Shown here: in pieces, positions 28,945 to 38,814 of the stretch
Position numbering within the stretch: position 1 is the stretch's first letter
Layout: every line of letters begins with the position of its first letter
Virus record (IMG/VR): IMGVR_UViG_3300034061_001913
Coordinates: 1 to 64,000 of that record
DNA length: 64,000 bases
Strand: one strand, 5' to 3'
Source of the DNA: a virus
Made by a program: the position numbers and the translations under genes
Notes under the pieces: generated by a model
Told to the model about the DNA's origin: nothing
Seen by the model: only the letters and a program-made list of their open reading frames with translations
Databases searched by the model: none

Positions 28945-29202
28945 ATGGACAATAAAGAAGAATTAGAAGACAACAGCATGGACAGTGTAACAATTGCAGA
29001 TTGTGTATTCATGCTATTAACCATCTTACCAGATGGCAATATTCATTACGTAGATGTAAATTCAGACGACTTAGCTGAATTTCTAAGAGAAAAAAAAGAA
29101 TTTAAAGTATTAGAAGGTGCTATAGGCTACGTCCAAGAAGTAGATTCAGACCCTTCTATTTCTTTTCCTACTTCACCAAAAGACCGTAGAGATATTAACT
29201 AA
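28945..29202 (+). CDS. hypothetical protein
   Basis: 85 aa ORF. Confidence 0.65.
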   Translation: MDNKEELEDNSMDSVTIADCVFMLLTILPDGNIHYVDVNSDDLAEFLREKKEFKVLEGAIGYVQEVDSDPSISFPTSPKDRRDIN

Positions 29203-29203
29203 T

Positions 29204-29650
29204 ATGCCTAACTGGTGTTCTAATTTTATACAAACAGATAACGAAGACGTTATTGTTGTATTTAACTATTTAGCAAAGAAAGAAAAAGAAGAAGGTCGAG
29301 GACAAACTTTGGACTACTTTGCAGATGATAGACTTTTGTTTAGTATTGTAGTAGAAGACAGCTATATTAACTGTGAAACAAGGTGGAGTCCTCCTATAGA
29401 CACAATTCTTAATTTATCTAAAAGATTTGATTGTAGGGTTGAACTAGATTATGATGAGCCAGGTTGTCTTCTTTTTGGTAAATACATAGCTGACAAAGGT
29501 GAAGAAACAGCCTACTTCTTAACAGACAAGGATTTTGATTTATTCGAATATGACGAAGACAAAAACAGTTATATGTTTGAAGGAGAAGAATGGGAGTCAG
29601 ACTCAGACATTAAAGAGTTATTACTAGAAAGGAAAATGAATGGAAATTGA
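29204..29650 (+). CDS. DUF1281/YubB ferredoxin-like protein
   Basis: MPNWCSN...ETRWSPP...YDEPG...G. Confidence 0.75.
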   Translation: MPNWCSNFIQTDNEDVIVVFNYLAKKEKEEGRGQTLDYFADDRLLFSIVVEDSYINCETRWSPPIDTILNLSKRFDCRVELDYDEPGCLLFGKYIADKGEETAYFLTDKDFDLFEYDEDKNSYMFEGEEWESDSDIKELLLERKMNGN

Positions 29651-29855
29651 TAAAGCTAAAAAAGTTCTAGAAGAAGCTGGATACTACGTAAACAACCTAT
29701 GGCATGTTGATGACGTGCATTCTAGATTTGATTGTTCTAAAGATGAAGCAATGAATGTTTTAGAAGAAGCTTTAACTTCAGATTCTACTTTTGAAGCAAT
29801 CTGGTTTAATATAGATTATTTCGGAAAAGAAGAAGGATTAGTAAGAAATGATTAA
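29640..29855 (+). CDS. hypothetical protein
   Basis: LWHVDDV...EAMNVLE. Confidence 0.7.
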   Translation: MEIDKAKKVLEEAGYYVNNLWHVDDVHSRFDCSKDEAMNVLEEALTSDSTFEAIWFNIDYFGKEEGLVRND

Positions 29856-30315
29856 TAGAATTTACATACCGGGAACTCTTGTTAAAAAGATAGACGGTAC
29901 TATACAACTCGATGGAGACCGTGATTTAATGCAAAGTTATTTCACGGAACTCCTTCGGGGAGATAACTACTGTGATGTAGAGATTTGTTTTATTAGAAAC
30001 GAAGACAAGAAGAGTAATCCACAGCTGCGTTATTTCTTTGGTATTGTTCTTCCTATCATTAAGCAAGCATTTGAAGAAATGCAAGGTGAGAGCTATTCTA
30101 AAGATGAGGTAGTTAACTTGCTTAAGGATATGTACTTTTATGAAGAAAAGTATTCTCCTATTAGCCAAGACACTATCAAAGTACCTATGAGTTTAGAGCA
30201 TGCTAAAAAAGCAGAGTTGGCTAAATTTATAGAGAAGTGTGTTACTTTTGCAACAGAGATACTTAATGTAAGTATCCCAGACTCCGCTAATTACATTAAG
30301 AAAGATGGCTTTTGA
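29848..30315 (+). CDS. NinB/Orf-like protein
   Basis: KSNPQLRYFFG...LK...FIE...IP. Confidence 0.6.
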   Translation: MINRIYIPGTLVKKIDGTIQLDGDRDLMQSYFTELLRGDNYCDVEICFIRNEDKKSNPQLRYFFGIVLPIIKQAFEEMQGESYSKDEVVNLLKDMYFYEEKYSPISQDTIKVPMSLEHAKKAELAKFIEKCVTFATEILNVSIPDSANYIKKDGF

Positions 30316-30709
30316 AGATTCACCTAAAACTACAACTAAAAAGATTATAACTCCTATGATTCCTAGGACTCCTATGACTCCTAAAAACAATGCTTTAAAA
30401 TTTGATGACGGTAAGCTTCCTTACTTTACAGTCTTGACTACTCAGTTTCCTCTTGCGGTTAAAGAAGTAGTAAGAAGAAGTCTAGAAGGCCACATCAAGT
30501 ATGAAAAGCCTGGAGAATGGGACAATTGGTTTAAAGTAGCAGAAGAGAGAGGTGTCTTGGCTTACAATAATGCTTTAATGAGACACTTATTCCAAGACGG
30601 AGAGGATACAGAACTACAGCATGATGCAGCAGTTGCTTGGAATGCTCTAGCTAAACTAGAGTACAAACTAAGAAAAGGTATGTATCCAGAATTAAACAAA
30701 GAAAAATGA
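30305..30709 (+). CDS. dATP/dGTP diphosphohydrolase-domain protein (DUF5664-like)
   Basis: KFDDGK...KY...NW...ALMRHL...H.AAVAWNAL. Confidence 0.8.
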   Translation: MAFEDSPKTTTKKIITPMIPRTPMTPKNNALKFDDGKLPYFTVLTTQFPLAVKEVVRRSLEGHIKYEKPGEWDNWFKVAEERGVLAYNNALMRHLFQDGEDTELQHDAAVAWNALAKLEYKLRKGMYPELNKEK

Positions 30710-31695
30710 TTATAGATAACACTTATTTAGAAAACAAGGCTTTAAACCAAAGCCTATTAAAAAAGATACTAATACACCCTTCTTTATTCCTTAAGAGATT
30801 ACAAGAACAAGAAGGGCAAGAATTACTAGATGACGAAGAGCCTAGTGAGAATATAATGATAGGAGATGCTTGCGATCTTATCTTAACCCAAGGAGAGTTT
30901 GTATTCCACGATCAATTTGTAGTTACCGATATAGTTAAGCCTAGTGGACAAGTAGGTGACTATGCTTGGTATTTATTCATTACCGGTAGCGAAGAGCTAG
31001 CTTATCAAAAAACAGGAGCCAAGATTACTCACCTAGCTTTAAAAGCTAAATTTGACAAAGACGGAAAAGACTATTATGAAGCTTTATGTAACAACAAAGA
31101 CAAAAAGATTATAACTACTGAACAGTTTAACAAAATCCAAACAGTGGTAGAGAGTCTTCGTTATAATGAGTTTGTAAAACACTACTTTACTAATACTCCG
31201 AATTGTGAAAACTTCTACCAAGTAGAACTTAGTTTTAACTATGATGGAGAAGAGTGCAAAGGTTTGATGGATTTAATCCATATAAACCATAGCCAGAAAC
31301 GTATAATCCCCGTAGATTTAAAAGTAACAGAGAGTCCTACTGATAGCTGGGAATGGATATTCTGGAAGATGGGATACTACTTTCAATCGGCTTTTTACAG
31401 TAAAGGTTTAGAGCTTAATCCTCCTAGTCAAATTAAATCCTTATTAAAAGAAGGATACACACTAGAAAACTTTTCTTTTGTGGTTGAGTCTTTCAGGTAT
31501 CCTGGAAGTCCTCAAGAATATATCTGTTCTGACAGCATCTTACAATTAGGAGAGCTTGGAGGCAAGAAAGATAACCGACATTACTTTGGGTTCCAAGAAG
31601 CTATCAAAAGATATAAGTGGCATACAGAAACTAATATATGGCACTATCCTATGGAAGTTTACATTAACAAAGGAAGAAAAATATTAGATATATGA
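30706..31695 (+). CDS. PD-(D/E)xK exonuclease (RecE/DUF3799-like)
   Basis: CKGLMD...DLK.T...YYFQSAFY. Confidence 0.8.
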   Translation: MIIDNTYLENKALNQSLLKKILIHPSLFLKRLQEQEGQELLDDEEPSENIMIGDACDLILTQGEFVFHDQFVVTDIVKPSGQVGDYAWYLFITGSEELAYQKTGAKITHLALKAKFDKDGKDYYEALCNNKDKKIITTEQFNKIQTVVESLRYNEFVKHYFTNTPNCENFYQVELSFNYDGEECKGLMDLIHINHSQKRIIPVDLKVTESPTDSWEWIFWKMGYYFQSAFYSKGLELNPPSQIKSLLKEGYTLENFSFVVESFRYPGSPQEYICSDSILQLGELGGKKDNRHYFGFQEAIKRYKWHTETNIWHYPMEVYINKGRKILDI

Positions 31696-32150
31696 GCTTT
31701 AACAAGACAACTCTTATTCTGCACTCTTTGATTTTTGAGAAAGGAAGTCTTAACTTGTTAAAGAAAGTAGGTCTACATAATATATACTTAGATGACCATG
31801 GTTCAAGAAAGAAATACAGAAACTGTATATTCTTTTTGTTTAATATTAATGTAGACTTTGTTATTAAGTCTGATAAGCACGGCCTTAATATAATAGCGTT
31901 CTTAGATAGTATAGCTAGCTTTAGTTCTTATCACGACTATTACGAGACAGAGGACGGCTGGATGTTTGTATTTAGATACAATACAGTGTTTAAGCCTGAT
32001 ATAAAGGCTTTTAGGGAGAGTAAGTTCTCTGAACTCTCTACTGTCTTTAAGGAAGCAGTTTGTCCAAACGCAGAAGAAATATTAAAGGAATCTTCTAAGG
32101 TGAATTTAGAAGAAGAGATTTATAGATATAATAAAAAGGGGAGTTTTTAA
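31692..32150 (+). CDS. hypothetical protein
   Basis: 152 aa; last gene of the + strand block. Confidence 0.75.
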   Translation: MSFNKTTLILHSLIFEKGSLNLLKKVGLHNIYLDDHGSRKKYRNCIFFLFNINVDFVIKSDKHGLNIIAFLDSIASFSSYHDYYETEDGWMFVFRYNTVFKPDIKAFRESKFSELSTVFKEAVCPNAEEILKESSKVNLEEEIYRYNKKGSF

Positions 32151-32160
32151 CTCTCCTTTT
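32133..32160. terminator. bidirectional terminator
   Basis: A-tract, stem, T-tract at a convergent gene junction. Confidence 0.7.
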
Positions 32161-32575
32161 CTTCTCTTTTTTGTATTTTATGAGTGTCTATCTTTTCTAG
32201 AATTATAGTGAGAAGTTCGTTCTCAATCAATCCTGCTCTCTTTGCGTTCTTCAAAGCAGAGATAAGCTGGAAAAGAATGAATGGAGCACACACAGTTTCG
32301 CTAAGCCAAGATGTTCCGGGGAAACCTTTTTCTATCAAAAGCACTCCGGTTAGGATTAGAATCCAAACAAACAAAGTAGTTAATACTTTAACTGCTTTCT
32401 TAGTTTGGAAACCTTCTGTTTTAGATCCAGCCCAAATTCCAAAGAAGCCATCAATCATAATCACGGAAACAACAGCTAGGTACTGTTCAGCATTATCTGC
32501 ACCAAGTTTAAAAAAGTAAGTACCTATTAAGGCAAAGAATGTAGTAACCATGTATAATAGTGAAGTAGTTTTCAT
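32147..32575 (-). CDS. holin (Phage_holin_4-like)
   Basis: TM segments; D...G.W; ISALKNA..AG. Confidence 0.75.
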   Translation of the reverse strand: MKTTSLLYMVTTFFALIGTYFFKLGADNAEQYLAVVSVIMIDGFFGIWAGSKTEGFQTKKAVKVLTTLFVWILILTGVLLIEKGFPGTSWLSETVCAPFILFQLISALKNAKRAGLIENELLTIILEKIDTHKIQKREEKES

Positions 32576-32590
32576 TTTTAAATTAATAGT

Positions 32591-32884
32591 TTAGATTTCT
32601 CCTTCTGAAACAAGTTTAAGAACGTAATACTCAACCAAGTCTGCAACGTTTTCAGCAACAGTCTTTGTTGGGTCTCCCATTGTGCTTTCTAAGTCAGCAG
32701 TGTCTAGTGGCCCACTAACAACATTAAAGTGAAGTTCTTGAATATCTGAAATTGGGTTTCCGTTTGAATCTACGCAGTATTTAAAACCGATAAGCTGATA
32801 GCCTATTTCTGGAGTAATTAATTTACATTTTACTTTTTGGTTATAACCGTGTCTAGTTTGATTTATGCTAATAATATATTTCAT
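32591..32884 (-). CDS. hypothetical tail-associated protein
   Basis: 97 aa, downstream of the fibre gene. Confidence 0.6.
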   Translation of the reverse strand: MKYIISINQTRHGYNQKVKCKLITPEIGYQLIGFKYCVDSNGNPISDIQELHFNVVSGPLDTADLESTMGDPTKTVAENVADLVEYYVLKLVSEGEI

Positions 32885-32899
32885 GATTTATTTTTAATT

Positions 32900-33946
32900 T
32901 TAGTATTTAACTTGTGTTAATTCAACAGTTGCAACTACTCTAAAAGTAGTAGTAGTACCTGCAGTTGAAGGAGGAGTAAACTGAACTCTTAAAGCTTCGT
33001 TAGTATCGTCTGCAGTAATAGTCACTACAGAGGTACTCATAGTTGCATCTGCTTGTGCTGTTCCAATAGTTTGAACAGAGCCAACAAGAGAAGTAGTTGT
33101 GTTAAGTCTCTTTATACCTGCATGTCTTTCAGTTACATAAGATGCTCCAACAACAGTTGTTCCGTTACCAGTTGCAGTACAAATAGCTACAAGTTGAATT
33201 CTTACCATCCATAGTGTATTTGTTGCAGGAAGAATTGCTTGTATACTTGAACCGTCAAGAAACAAATCAGCAATTGCGGTTCCGGTAATAGCTCTACGCA
33301 TTTGAATAGTTCCCATTTGAGCATCAGCAAGTGCAGAAAACTGACCTGCTGAGTATGCTTGCATTGCATAAAGAGTAGCGTTTGCTTGTCTACCCCCAAC
33401 TATAGAACCAAAACTTGCATTTATTTGATTTAAATAACCACCTGTTAAAGTAGCCCAATCTCCATTTAAATAGTTTGATTCTCCAGCACCTATAAATGCG
33501 TTTGCACCTGATTGTATATTATTTGAAGTACCACCCCCTATAAAAGAATATGTACCCCCATTAGTGTTATCATATCCGCCACAGATTACAAATCCGTTAT
33601 TAAAACCGTAGTTAGAAAATCCTGAGCCTATAAATGACCAAACACCTCCTGCTTGATTATCTTGACCACCTCCAATAACTGAGTAGTTTCCACCTGCTAC
33701 CATAGCTGCAGTAGAACGAGCTCTTTGAAGGTCTACTGCATATTGACCACGAGAGTTACCACCAGCAGCAGTTGCGTCAGGTATAGTACAAACTAAAGCA
33801 CCAGTACCTTTTGGTCTTATTGCAGCGTTTACATTAGTAGCACTTACTTTAGGAGTAAATGAAACTGTATCTTGAGTAGTAGTAGAGGAGGCTTCTATCC
33901 AAAATTTAAGACCTCCACCTGTAAATGAAACTGTAGCGCAACTCAT
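32900..33946 (-). CDS. tail fibre/spike protein
   Basis: repeated S.IGGG..N beta-roll motifs; Gly/Thr-rich. Confidence 0.75.
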   Translation of the reverse strand: MSCATVSFTGGGLKFWIEASSTTTQDTVSFTPKVSATNVNAAIRPKGTGALVCTIPDATAAGGNSRGQYAVDLQRARSTAAMVAGGNYSVIGGGQDNQAGGVWSFIGSGFSNYGFNNGFVICGGYDNTNGGTYSFIGGGTSNNIQSGANAFIGAGESNYLNGDWATLTGGYLNQINASFGSIVGGRQANATLYAMQAYSAGQFSALADAQMGTIQMRRAITGTAIADLFLDGSSIQAILPATNTLWMVRIQLVAICTATGNGTTVVGASYVTERHAGIKRLNTTTSLVGSVQTIGTAQADATMSTSVVTITADDTNEALRVQFTPPSTAGTTTTFRVVATVELTQVKY

Positions 33947-33948
33947 AA

Positions 33949-34299
33949 TTAATAAATGTAAATTAGTTTAACTGTACCACCAACTGCAGTAATTGTAAGA
34001 GTCTGTGTGTTGGTAGTTGAAAAGCTTAGATTCCCGTTAGTCTCAAAGGTGTTAGTACTTGTTCCGTTTGCTACTTGAATAGTAGCACCAGATCCTAGTT
34101 CCCAAGCAAAGCTATGTACTGTACCTGGAGTAAATACTTGAGTTCCAGCAGCAGCTATGGAGACGCTATCCATCTCATTGTATGTAACTAAGGGAGCAAT
34201 GTTTGTGTTTATGCAGCATAGTTGCTCGTGGATAGCTCTTAGCTTTTTGTTTGACTCGTTAATCCCATCTGTAGGGTTAGTCATCTTTTTATTTTGCAT
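33949..34299 (-). CDS. virion structural protein sharing an N-terminal motif with the upstream gene
   Basis: KKMTNPTDGINESNKKLRAIHEQLCC. Confidence 0.7.
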   Translation of the reverse strand: MQNKKMTNPTDGINESNKKLRAIHEQLCCINTNIAPLVTYNEMDSVSIAAAGTQVFTPGTVHSFAWELGSGATIQVANGTSTNTFETNGNLSFSTTNTQTLTITAVGGTVKLIYIY

Positions 34300-34334
34300 T
34301 TCTATACAATTTTAATATTTTACATTAATTTAAA

Positions 34335-35663
34335 TTATCGGCTTATTTCTTCCCAGTCCATTGATGCGAGAACATTACCACCCCCACCTCCAGCATCAGA
34401 AGCAACTAAAATAGTAAGTTCAAAAGGAGTTGATGTGAATGAATTTCTTTCAAGCTGTGTTTTAAATAGTGCTTCTTTAAGAATATCAACTTGGGTTGAT
34501 CCTTGGTTTGATACACCAAAAAATCCACTTGCAAGTATTCTACCTCCTGTAAATGAAGTTCCTGTTATATTATACTGAACAGAAGAACCACCAGGAGCAT
34601 CAACCCAACTACCTGCTGCAGTAGTTCCTGATGCTACAACTTGCCAGTTATAATGACCTGATGTAGTTGCTATTACAGAAATTGCTGTGCATATTACTAT
34701 AGCATCTAATCTATTAGGCGATGTTTTAAGACGTAAACTTACTACGGGGTAAAATGTTCCAGCTACGGATAAGTTCTTTGGAGTAGTTACAGGAATACCA
34801 ACCGCTTGTTGCAATCCATTAAGTTGATACCCTCCTTCAGACAGTACAGTAGAACATATTTGTTTTAATGTACTTGCTCCACTTGTAGCTCCTGTGTTTG
34901 TTATTTCATATCTAAGTGGTAATGAAGCTGTAGTTATATATGTAGAAGTAATAATGTTAGCATGATGAAACTTATGGCAAACATAAAAGTTGCCATCTAT
35001 AACAAAACCTATCCTAACTGTTCCTACTCCTAACCACTCTAAATCCATAAACAGAATCTGAGCCTTTGTTAAATTAAGGGTTATTCCACTAGGTCCTGAA
35101 CCATCCATAGGATCCACATTCCAACTTGCTTGAGCAACTGGAGTGTCCACTAATGAACCTGAAACAGAACTTCTTTCAACAAAACTCACTGTGTTGTTGT
35201 TTAGTTCTAAATAATACCCATTAGCTGCTCCATAATACCCAACTCTTTGTCTAAGACCTGTTTTAGCAGCAGACAGTACAAAAGTATTTAAAATAAGAAG
35301 AGATTTACCCGGTTGATAAGCAAACACTTTAGTAGTTTCTCTTAATACGGAAGAACCAGAGGCTGCTGTAACATTTAAGTCAACAAGTCCTTGGCTAGAA
35401 TTAAACACAGCAGTACCACTAGTAGCAGTTGATGTTGACCAAAGTCCGTTATCTGCAAATCTATGACTAGAATCAAATAATGTAAAAGGAGAAGATGTTC
35501 TTAATCTGCCAAAAGAATCTAACTGAGAAGTACCGGCTAAGATAACAGATGCTCCAGTATTTAAGGTAGCATTGGCACAACAGAGTTGTTGTTCTATTGC
35601 TTGTAATTGTTTATTACTTTGGTTAATCCCGTCTGTAGGATTTGTCATCTTCTTATAAGTCAT
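34335..35663 (-). CDS. virion structural/fibre protein
   Basis: DSFGRLRTSSPFTLFDS...YQPGKS...WLGVG; beta-rich. Confidence 0.75.
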   Translation of the reverse strand: MTYKKMTNPTDGINQSNKQLQAIEQQLCCANATLNTGASVILAGTSQLDSFGRLRTSSPFTLFDSSHRFADNGLWSTSTATSGTAVFNSSQGLVDLNVTAASGSSVLRETTKVFAYQPGKSLLILNTFVLSAAKTGLRQRVGYYGAANGYYLELNNNTVSFVERSSVSGSLVDTPVAQASWNVDPMDGSGPSGITLNLTKAQILFMDLEWLGVGTVRIGFVIDGNFYVCHKFHHANIITSTYITTASLPLRYEITNTGATSGASTLKQICSTVLSEGGYQLNGLQQAVGIPVTTPKNLSVAGTFYPVVSLRLKTSPNRLDAIVICTAISVIATTSGHYNWQVVASGTTAAGSWVDAPGGSSVQYNITGTSFTGGRILASGFFGVSNQGSTQVDILKEALFKTQLERNSFTSTPFELTILVASDAGGGGGNVLASMDWEEISR

Positions 35664-35707
35664 AACTATACGGATTAGAAAATCCCGTCCTTTCGGACCA
35701 ATAACTT

Positions 35708-35737
35708 CAAATATAAACTTTTTTTAAAATTTGTCAA
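35708..35737 (-). promoter_or_regulatory. Bacteroidota-type promoter
   Basis: TTG...TATATTTG on the - strand upstream of the 35663 ATG. Confidence 0.55.
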
Positions 35738-35738
35738 C

Positions 35739-35767
35739 AAAAAAAATCCCACTGGTTAGGTGGGATT
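35739..35767 (-). terminator. intrinsic terminator
   Basis: AATCCCAC...GTGGGATT stem with a T tract on the - strand. Confidence 0.7.
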
Positions 35768-35823
35768 AAATGGAAATTAAAAACAAGTAACGGGTTATCG
35801 AAAGATTATAGCGGTTTTATTGG

Positions 35824-36090
35824 TTACTCAGGATCGTTTTTAAGAACTGTAAAGTCTTCTGTAGACTCTGAAGGAAATTCTCCTTTAATAGCAATTCCTT
35901 CGTCCAACATTCTTTTTAGAATGTCTTGACTAACTTGTACTGCAGGGAAAAACAACTCTTGATAGTCCTTAATACTAAGTTGATTTAGAGGAATCTCAAA
36001 CATAGATACAAGTCTTGCTAGAAATTCAAACTCTCTACCAGTTACTTTAATCTTTGCTTCGGGAGACCATGATATTTTTTCTTGTTCCAT
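35824..36090 (-). CDS. hypothetical protein
   Basis: 88 aa ORF. Confidence 0.75.
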   Translation of the reverse strand: MEQEKISWSPEAKIKVTGREFEFLARLVSMFEIPLNQLSIKDYQELFFPAVQVSQDILKRMLDEGIAIKGEFPSESTEDFTVLKNDPE

Positions 36091-36111
36091 AAAAATTTGT
36101 TATGTTGTTTG

Positions 36112-36139
36112 CAAATATAGTGCCGTGGTTTTATATTTG
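36112..36139. promoter_or_regulatory. overlapping divergent promoters
   Basis: TATATTTG on - (36112-36119) and on + (36132-36139). Confidence 0.65.
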
Positions 36140-36154
36140 CAAGTATACATATAC

Positions 36155-36526
36155 ATGGAAAATAAAAATTTATTTTGGTATCACGAAGAGTTTGAAAGGG
36201 AAGTCGAGAAACGTATTCAACATGAAGACGAGATGGAATTTATTCCACAGAAAGAGAAAACACTAGTAGTTAAAGGTGCTTTTAACATAGAGCACATATC
36301 TGCATGTCGTATTGTTGAAGGCGGAAACATCGAAATCTATCTTAACCTAGCACACGATCAAATGATTCCAGACCCCAGCAAGCCTAAGTACAAAATGATT
36401 GACGGTCAAAAGCAGATTATCGGCTTTGAGCAAAAAGTATTTGTTATGCCAATGGGTGTCAGTTTGACAGTAGCAGAAGATAAGGAACGCTTTTTGAAAC
36501 TAACTGGAGGAGAACAACATGTTTAA
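36155..36526 (+). CDS. hypothetical protein
   Basis: ATG downstream of the promoter; coupled to groES. Confidence 0.7.
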   Translation: MENKNLFWYHEEFEREVEKRIQHEDEMEFIPQKEKTLVVKGAFNIEHISACRIVEGGNIEIYLNLAHDQMIPDPSKPKYKMIDGQKQIIGFEQKVFVMPMGVSLTVAEDKERFLKLTGGEQHV

Positions 36527-36770
36527 GCCATTAGGAAATAGAATCCTGGTTAAGCCAAATGAAAAAGAAGATATGGTTAATGGCTTATATATTCCGGACC
36601 AAATAAAAACCAATCCTCCACGAGGTGTCGTTGAGGCAGTTGGTCCAGAGTGTAAAGACTTGGAACCAGGACTCTTTGTTTACTATAGTGAGCATAGTGG
36701 TTCTCCTCTTAAATTAGATAAAGAAGAATATCTGATTATGAGAGAAACTGACATATTCGGAATTGAATAG
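36519..36770 (+). CDS. groES: co-chaperonin GroES (Cpn10)
   Basis: KPLGNRILVKP...GLYIPD...GVVEAVGP...YLIMRETDI. Confidence 0.92.
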   Translation: MFKPLGNRILVKPNEKEDMVNGLYIPDQIKTNPPRGVVEAVGPECKDLEPGLFVYYSEHSGSPLKLDKEEYLIMRETDIFGIE

Positions 36771-36795
36771 TCATAACTGTTTTTCAAAAACCAAT

Positions 36796-36830
36796 AAAAA
36801 AAGGGAGTTTATGACTCCCTTTTCTTTTTT
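36796..36830. terminator. bidirectional terminator
   Basis: A7-GGGAGT-TTATG-ACTCCC-T tract between convergent genes. Confidence 0.8.
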
Positions 36831-37068
36831 ATAACGACAAAACTCTAGGGTTATCTAGAGGTACATTTGTTAACATAACTGTAAGACCATAGAGTTCAGT
36901 CCAAGTTTCTTTCATGTTTTTAGTATTGATTCCTATACTGTTTAGGATAGCATCGTAATGCTCACGATTTAAAAGCAGGTGAGTTGGTTTTTTACGAACT
37001 AACTCGCCAAGCTCATTGACATAAGTTTGGTTTTCTATTTCCATACACTGTTCTACTATATTAAACAT
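36829..37068 (-). CDS. hypothetical protein
   Basis: 79 aa, coupled to the upstream gene. Confidence 0.65.
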   Translation of the reverse strand: MFNIVEQCMEIENQTYVNELGELVRKKPTHLLLNREHYDAILNSIGINTKNMKETWTELYGLTVMLTNVPLDNPRVLSL

Positions 37069-38317
37069 ACAATCTCTCCTCTACGGTCATTGATACTCCA
37101 TATTCTTTATCGTAAACAATAGCTTGTGCAGCCTTAATAGCGTTTACAAAGTTGGATTGGTTGTGCCAATTATCTTCTTTTGACAGCGAAGGTAATTGTT
37201 TTATGCGAACTCCTTGTATTTCTTTTTCAAACACATGGTGTTTATCACCGGTAAGGATTTCATGGTAGGAACACTCTCCCCACTCTTTAGTAAATTCTTT
37301 AGCAAATATTAAAGGTAGGTCAGCAATCTTACAGTCTCCATGGTGCATACCTATGAAAGTAGAACCGTAAGTAAATATCTTGCGAGGTGCAGGGTTCGTA
37401 TCGAATAATATATTAGTTTGTTTTTCAAAGTATTTCTCCAAGGCATAAGCTAGATAAAACTCTTTTGTTCTTGCGTGGTTCCCAGAAACTAAAATGATAT
37501 TTAAAGTATCGCAAAACTGAACTAGTATATTAATAACAGTAGCGTAAATATCAAATCCTTCTACAAAAGCTTTATCCCAAGTAGTGTTTACATTCTGAGG
37601 AGTTTGGTTAGTAGTTGTTCCTTGGTAAGTGTCGGTGTGTAACATATCACTTCCTAAAACAAATACAATCTGCTCTATATAGTTAGATTGGTAGGCTCTA
37701 AAAAGAAGTCTCTTAGTTATATTAAAGAACTGTTCTTTCTTTTCTTCTAGAGTAGTTCCGTAAATGTCTAATTTGTCTAAGTGAAAATCGGTCAAGTGAA
37801 GGAACAAACAAGTCGGCCTGGTTAGCTGGCTATTCTTGAGAACGTTACTTTCTGTAATTACTTTGTAATTACTTTTATAACCTTCAAGAGCTTTTACAAA
37901 GTCTTCTGCTTCTGCTGTTTCTACTGTTTTTTTAACAGCAAACACACTAGAAGTAAAAGAGCCATTAGGTTGTTTCTTACTCCAGTAGTTTTTAATTATG
38001 TAAAGATTAGGGTTGATCTTGTGCTCTTTGTAAAGTTCCTCTACTGACTTAGGTTGAAAGTTTATACTAATTGTACTTTCTAGTGTACCCTTGGCAAAGT
38101 TTTCTTTTACGCTAGTTGTAGGGTCATGCTTATCAAACCTAGCATTACTTCTTCTACCAAAGGCAACCCTTTTTAAATCTCTTACGTGCTTGGCAGTTTT
38201 TTCTGGGTTCTTTAGAAAGAAATTAAATTTCTTTGCTACTTCTAAAGCCTTTAAATCCGTGTTAGGATTTTGTTTGTAGAACTCTACAATTGCTTTTTCT
38301 ATGTTTAATATGTCCAT
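37061..38317 (-). CDS. calcineurin-like metallophosphoesterase
   Basis: DFH, GSD, GNH, HHGD, GDKHH motifs. Confidence 0.85.
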   Translation of the reverse strand: MDILNIEKAIVEFYKQNPNTDLKALEVAKKFNFFLKNPEKTAKHVRDLKRVAFGRRSNARFDKHDPTTSVKENFAKGTLESTISINFQPKSVEELYKEHKINPNLYIIKNYWSKKQPNGSFTSSVFAVKKTVETAEAEDFVKALEGYKSNYKVITESNVLKNSQLTRPTCLFLHLTDFHLDKLDIYGTTLEEKKEQFFNITKRLLFRAYQSNYIEQIVFVLGSDMLHTDTYQGTTTNQTPQNVNTTWDKAFVEGFDIYATVINILVQFCDTLNIILVSGNHARTKEFYLAYALEKYFEKQTNILFDTNPAPRKIFTYGSTFIGMHHGDCKIADLPLIFAKEFTKEWGECSYHEILTGDKHHVFEKEIQGVRIKQLPSLSKEDNWHNQSNFVNAIKAAQAIVYDKEYGVSMTVEERLYV

Positions 38318-38379
38318 ATATTAGACTATATGGAATACAAATCTAAGTGCTCGGATTTGTAATTCCTAATTTTTAAATT

Positions 38380-38814
38380 TTACTTAGTAACGAAGAGTGT
38401 AAAAAAGACAAGTGTAGTTCCCTGGAATATCTTTTTCCAAAGTGATTCTATTTGTTCTTTTTTGATAGCATCAGCTAGTTCTTTTTCTTTTCCTTTAAAC
38501 TTATCGGCCCATTCTTTGTCAAGGATTTGATACTTGACAATAGTTGTATCCTTAGCAGCTATGATTTGAGAATCTAAAGAGATTCTTTCTCTAAGTACAA
38601 ATACAAGCTTTCTAGCCTCTAAGCCTTTAGCTAAGTATATATTGATTGTTTTCTTAGAAATGGTATCTACTTGCTTGATAGTATCAGCTGTGATAGTATC
38701 ATTTGATAGCTGAATCCAAGGCTTTGTGTTCCCGGATAAGCTCTTCGGTAATAATATGCTGACTACTGTCAGCAGTAAGTATAATCCTTTCAATGGTTTT
38801 AAGATGTTCTTCAT
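38380..38814 (-). CDS. membrane protein, spanin-like
   Basis: hydrophobic ends; overlaps the upstream gene; next to the endolysin. Confidence 0.5.
   Translation of the reverse strand: MKNILKPLKGLYLLLTVVSILLPKSLSGNTKPWIQLSNDTITADTIKQVDTISKKTINIYLAKGLEARKLVFVLRERISLDSQIIAAKDTTIVKYQILDKEWADKFKGKEKELADAIKKEQIESLWKKIFQGTTLVFFTLFVTK

Noticed and set aside
30305-30709. Z-base or other modified-base system
   Set aside because: Only the diphosphohydrolase domain is present; no PurZ, DatZ or deazaguanine genes seen in the window
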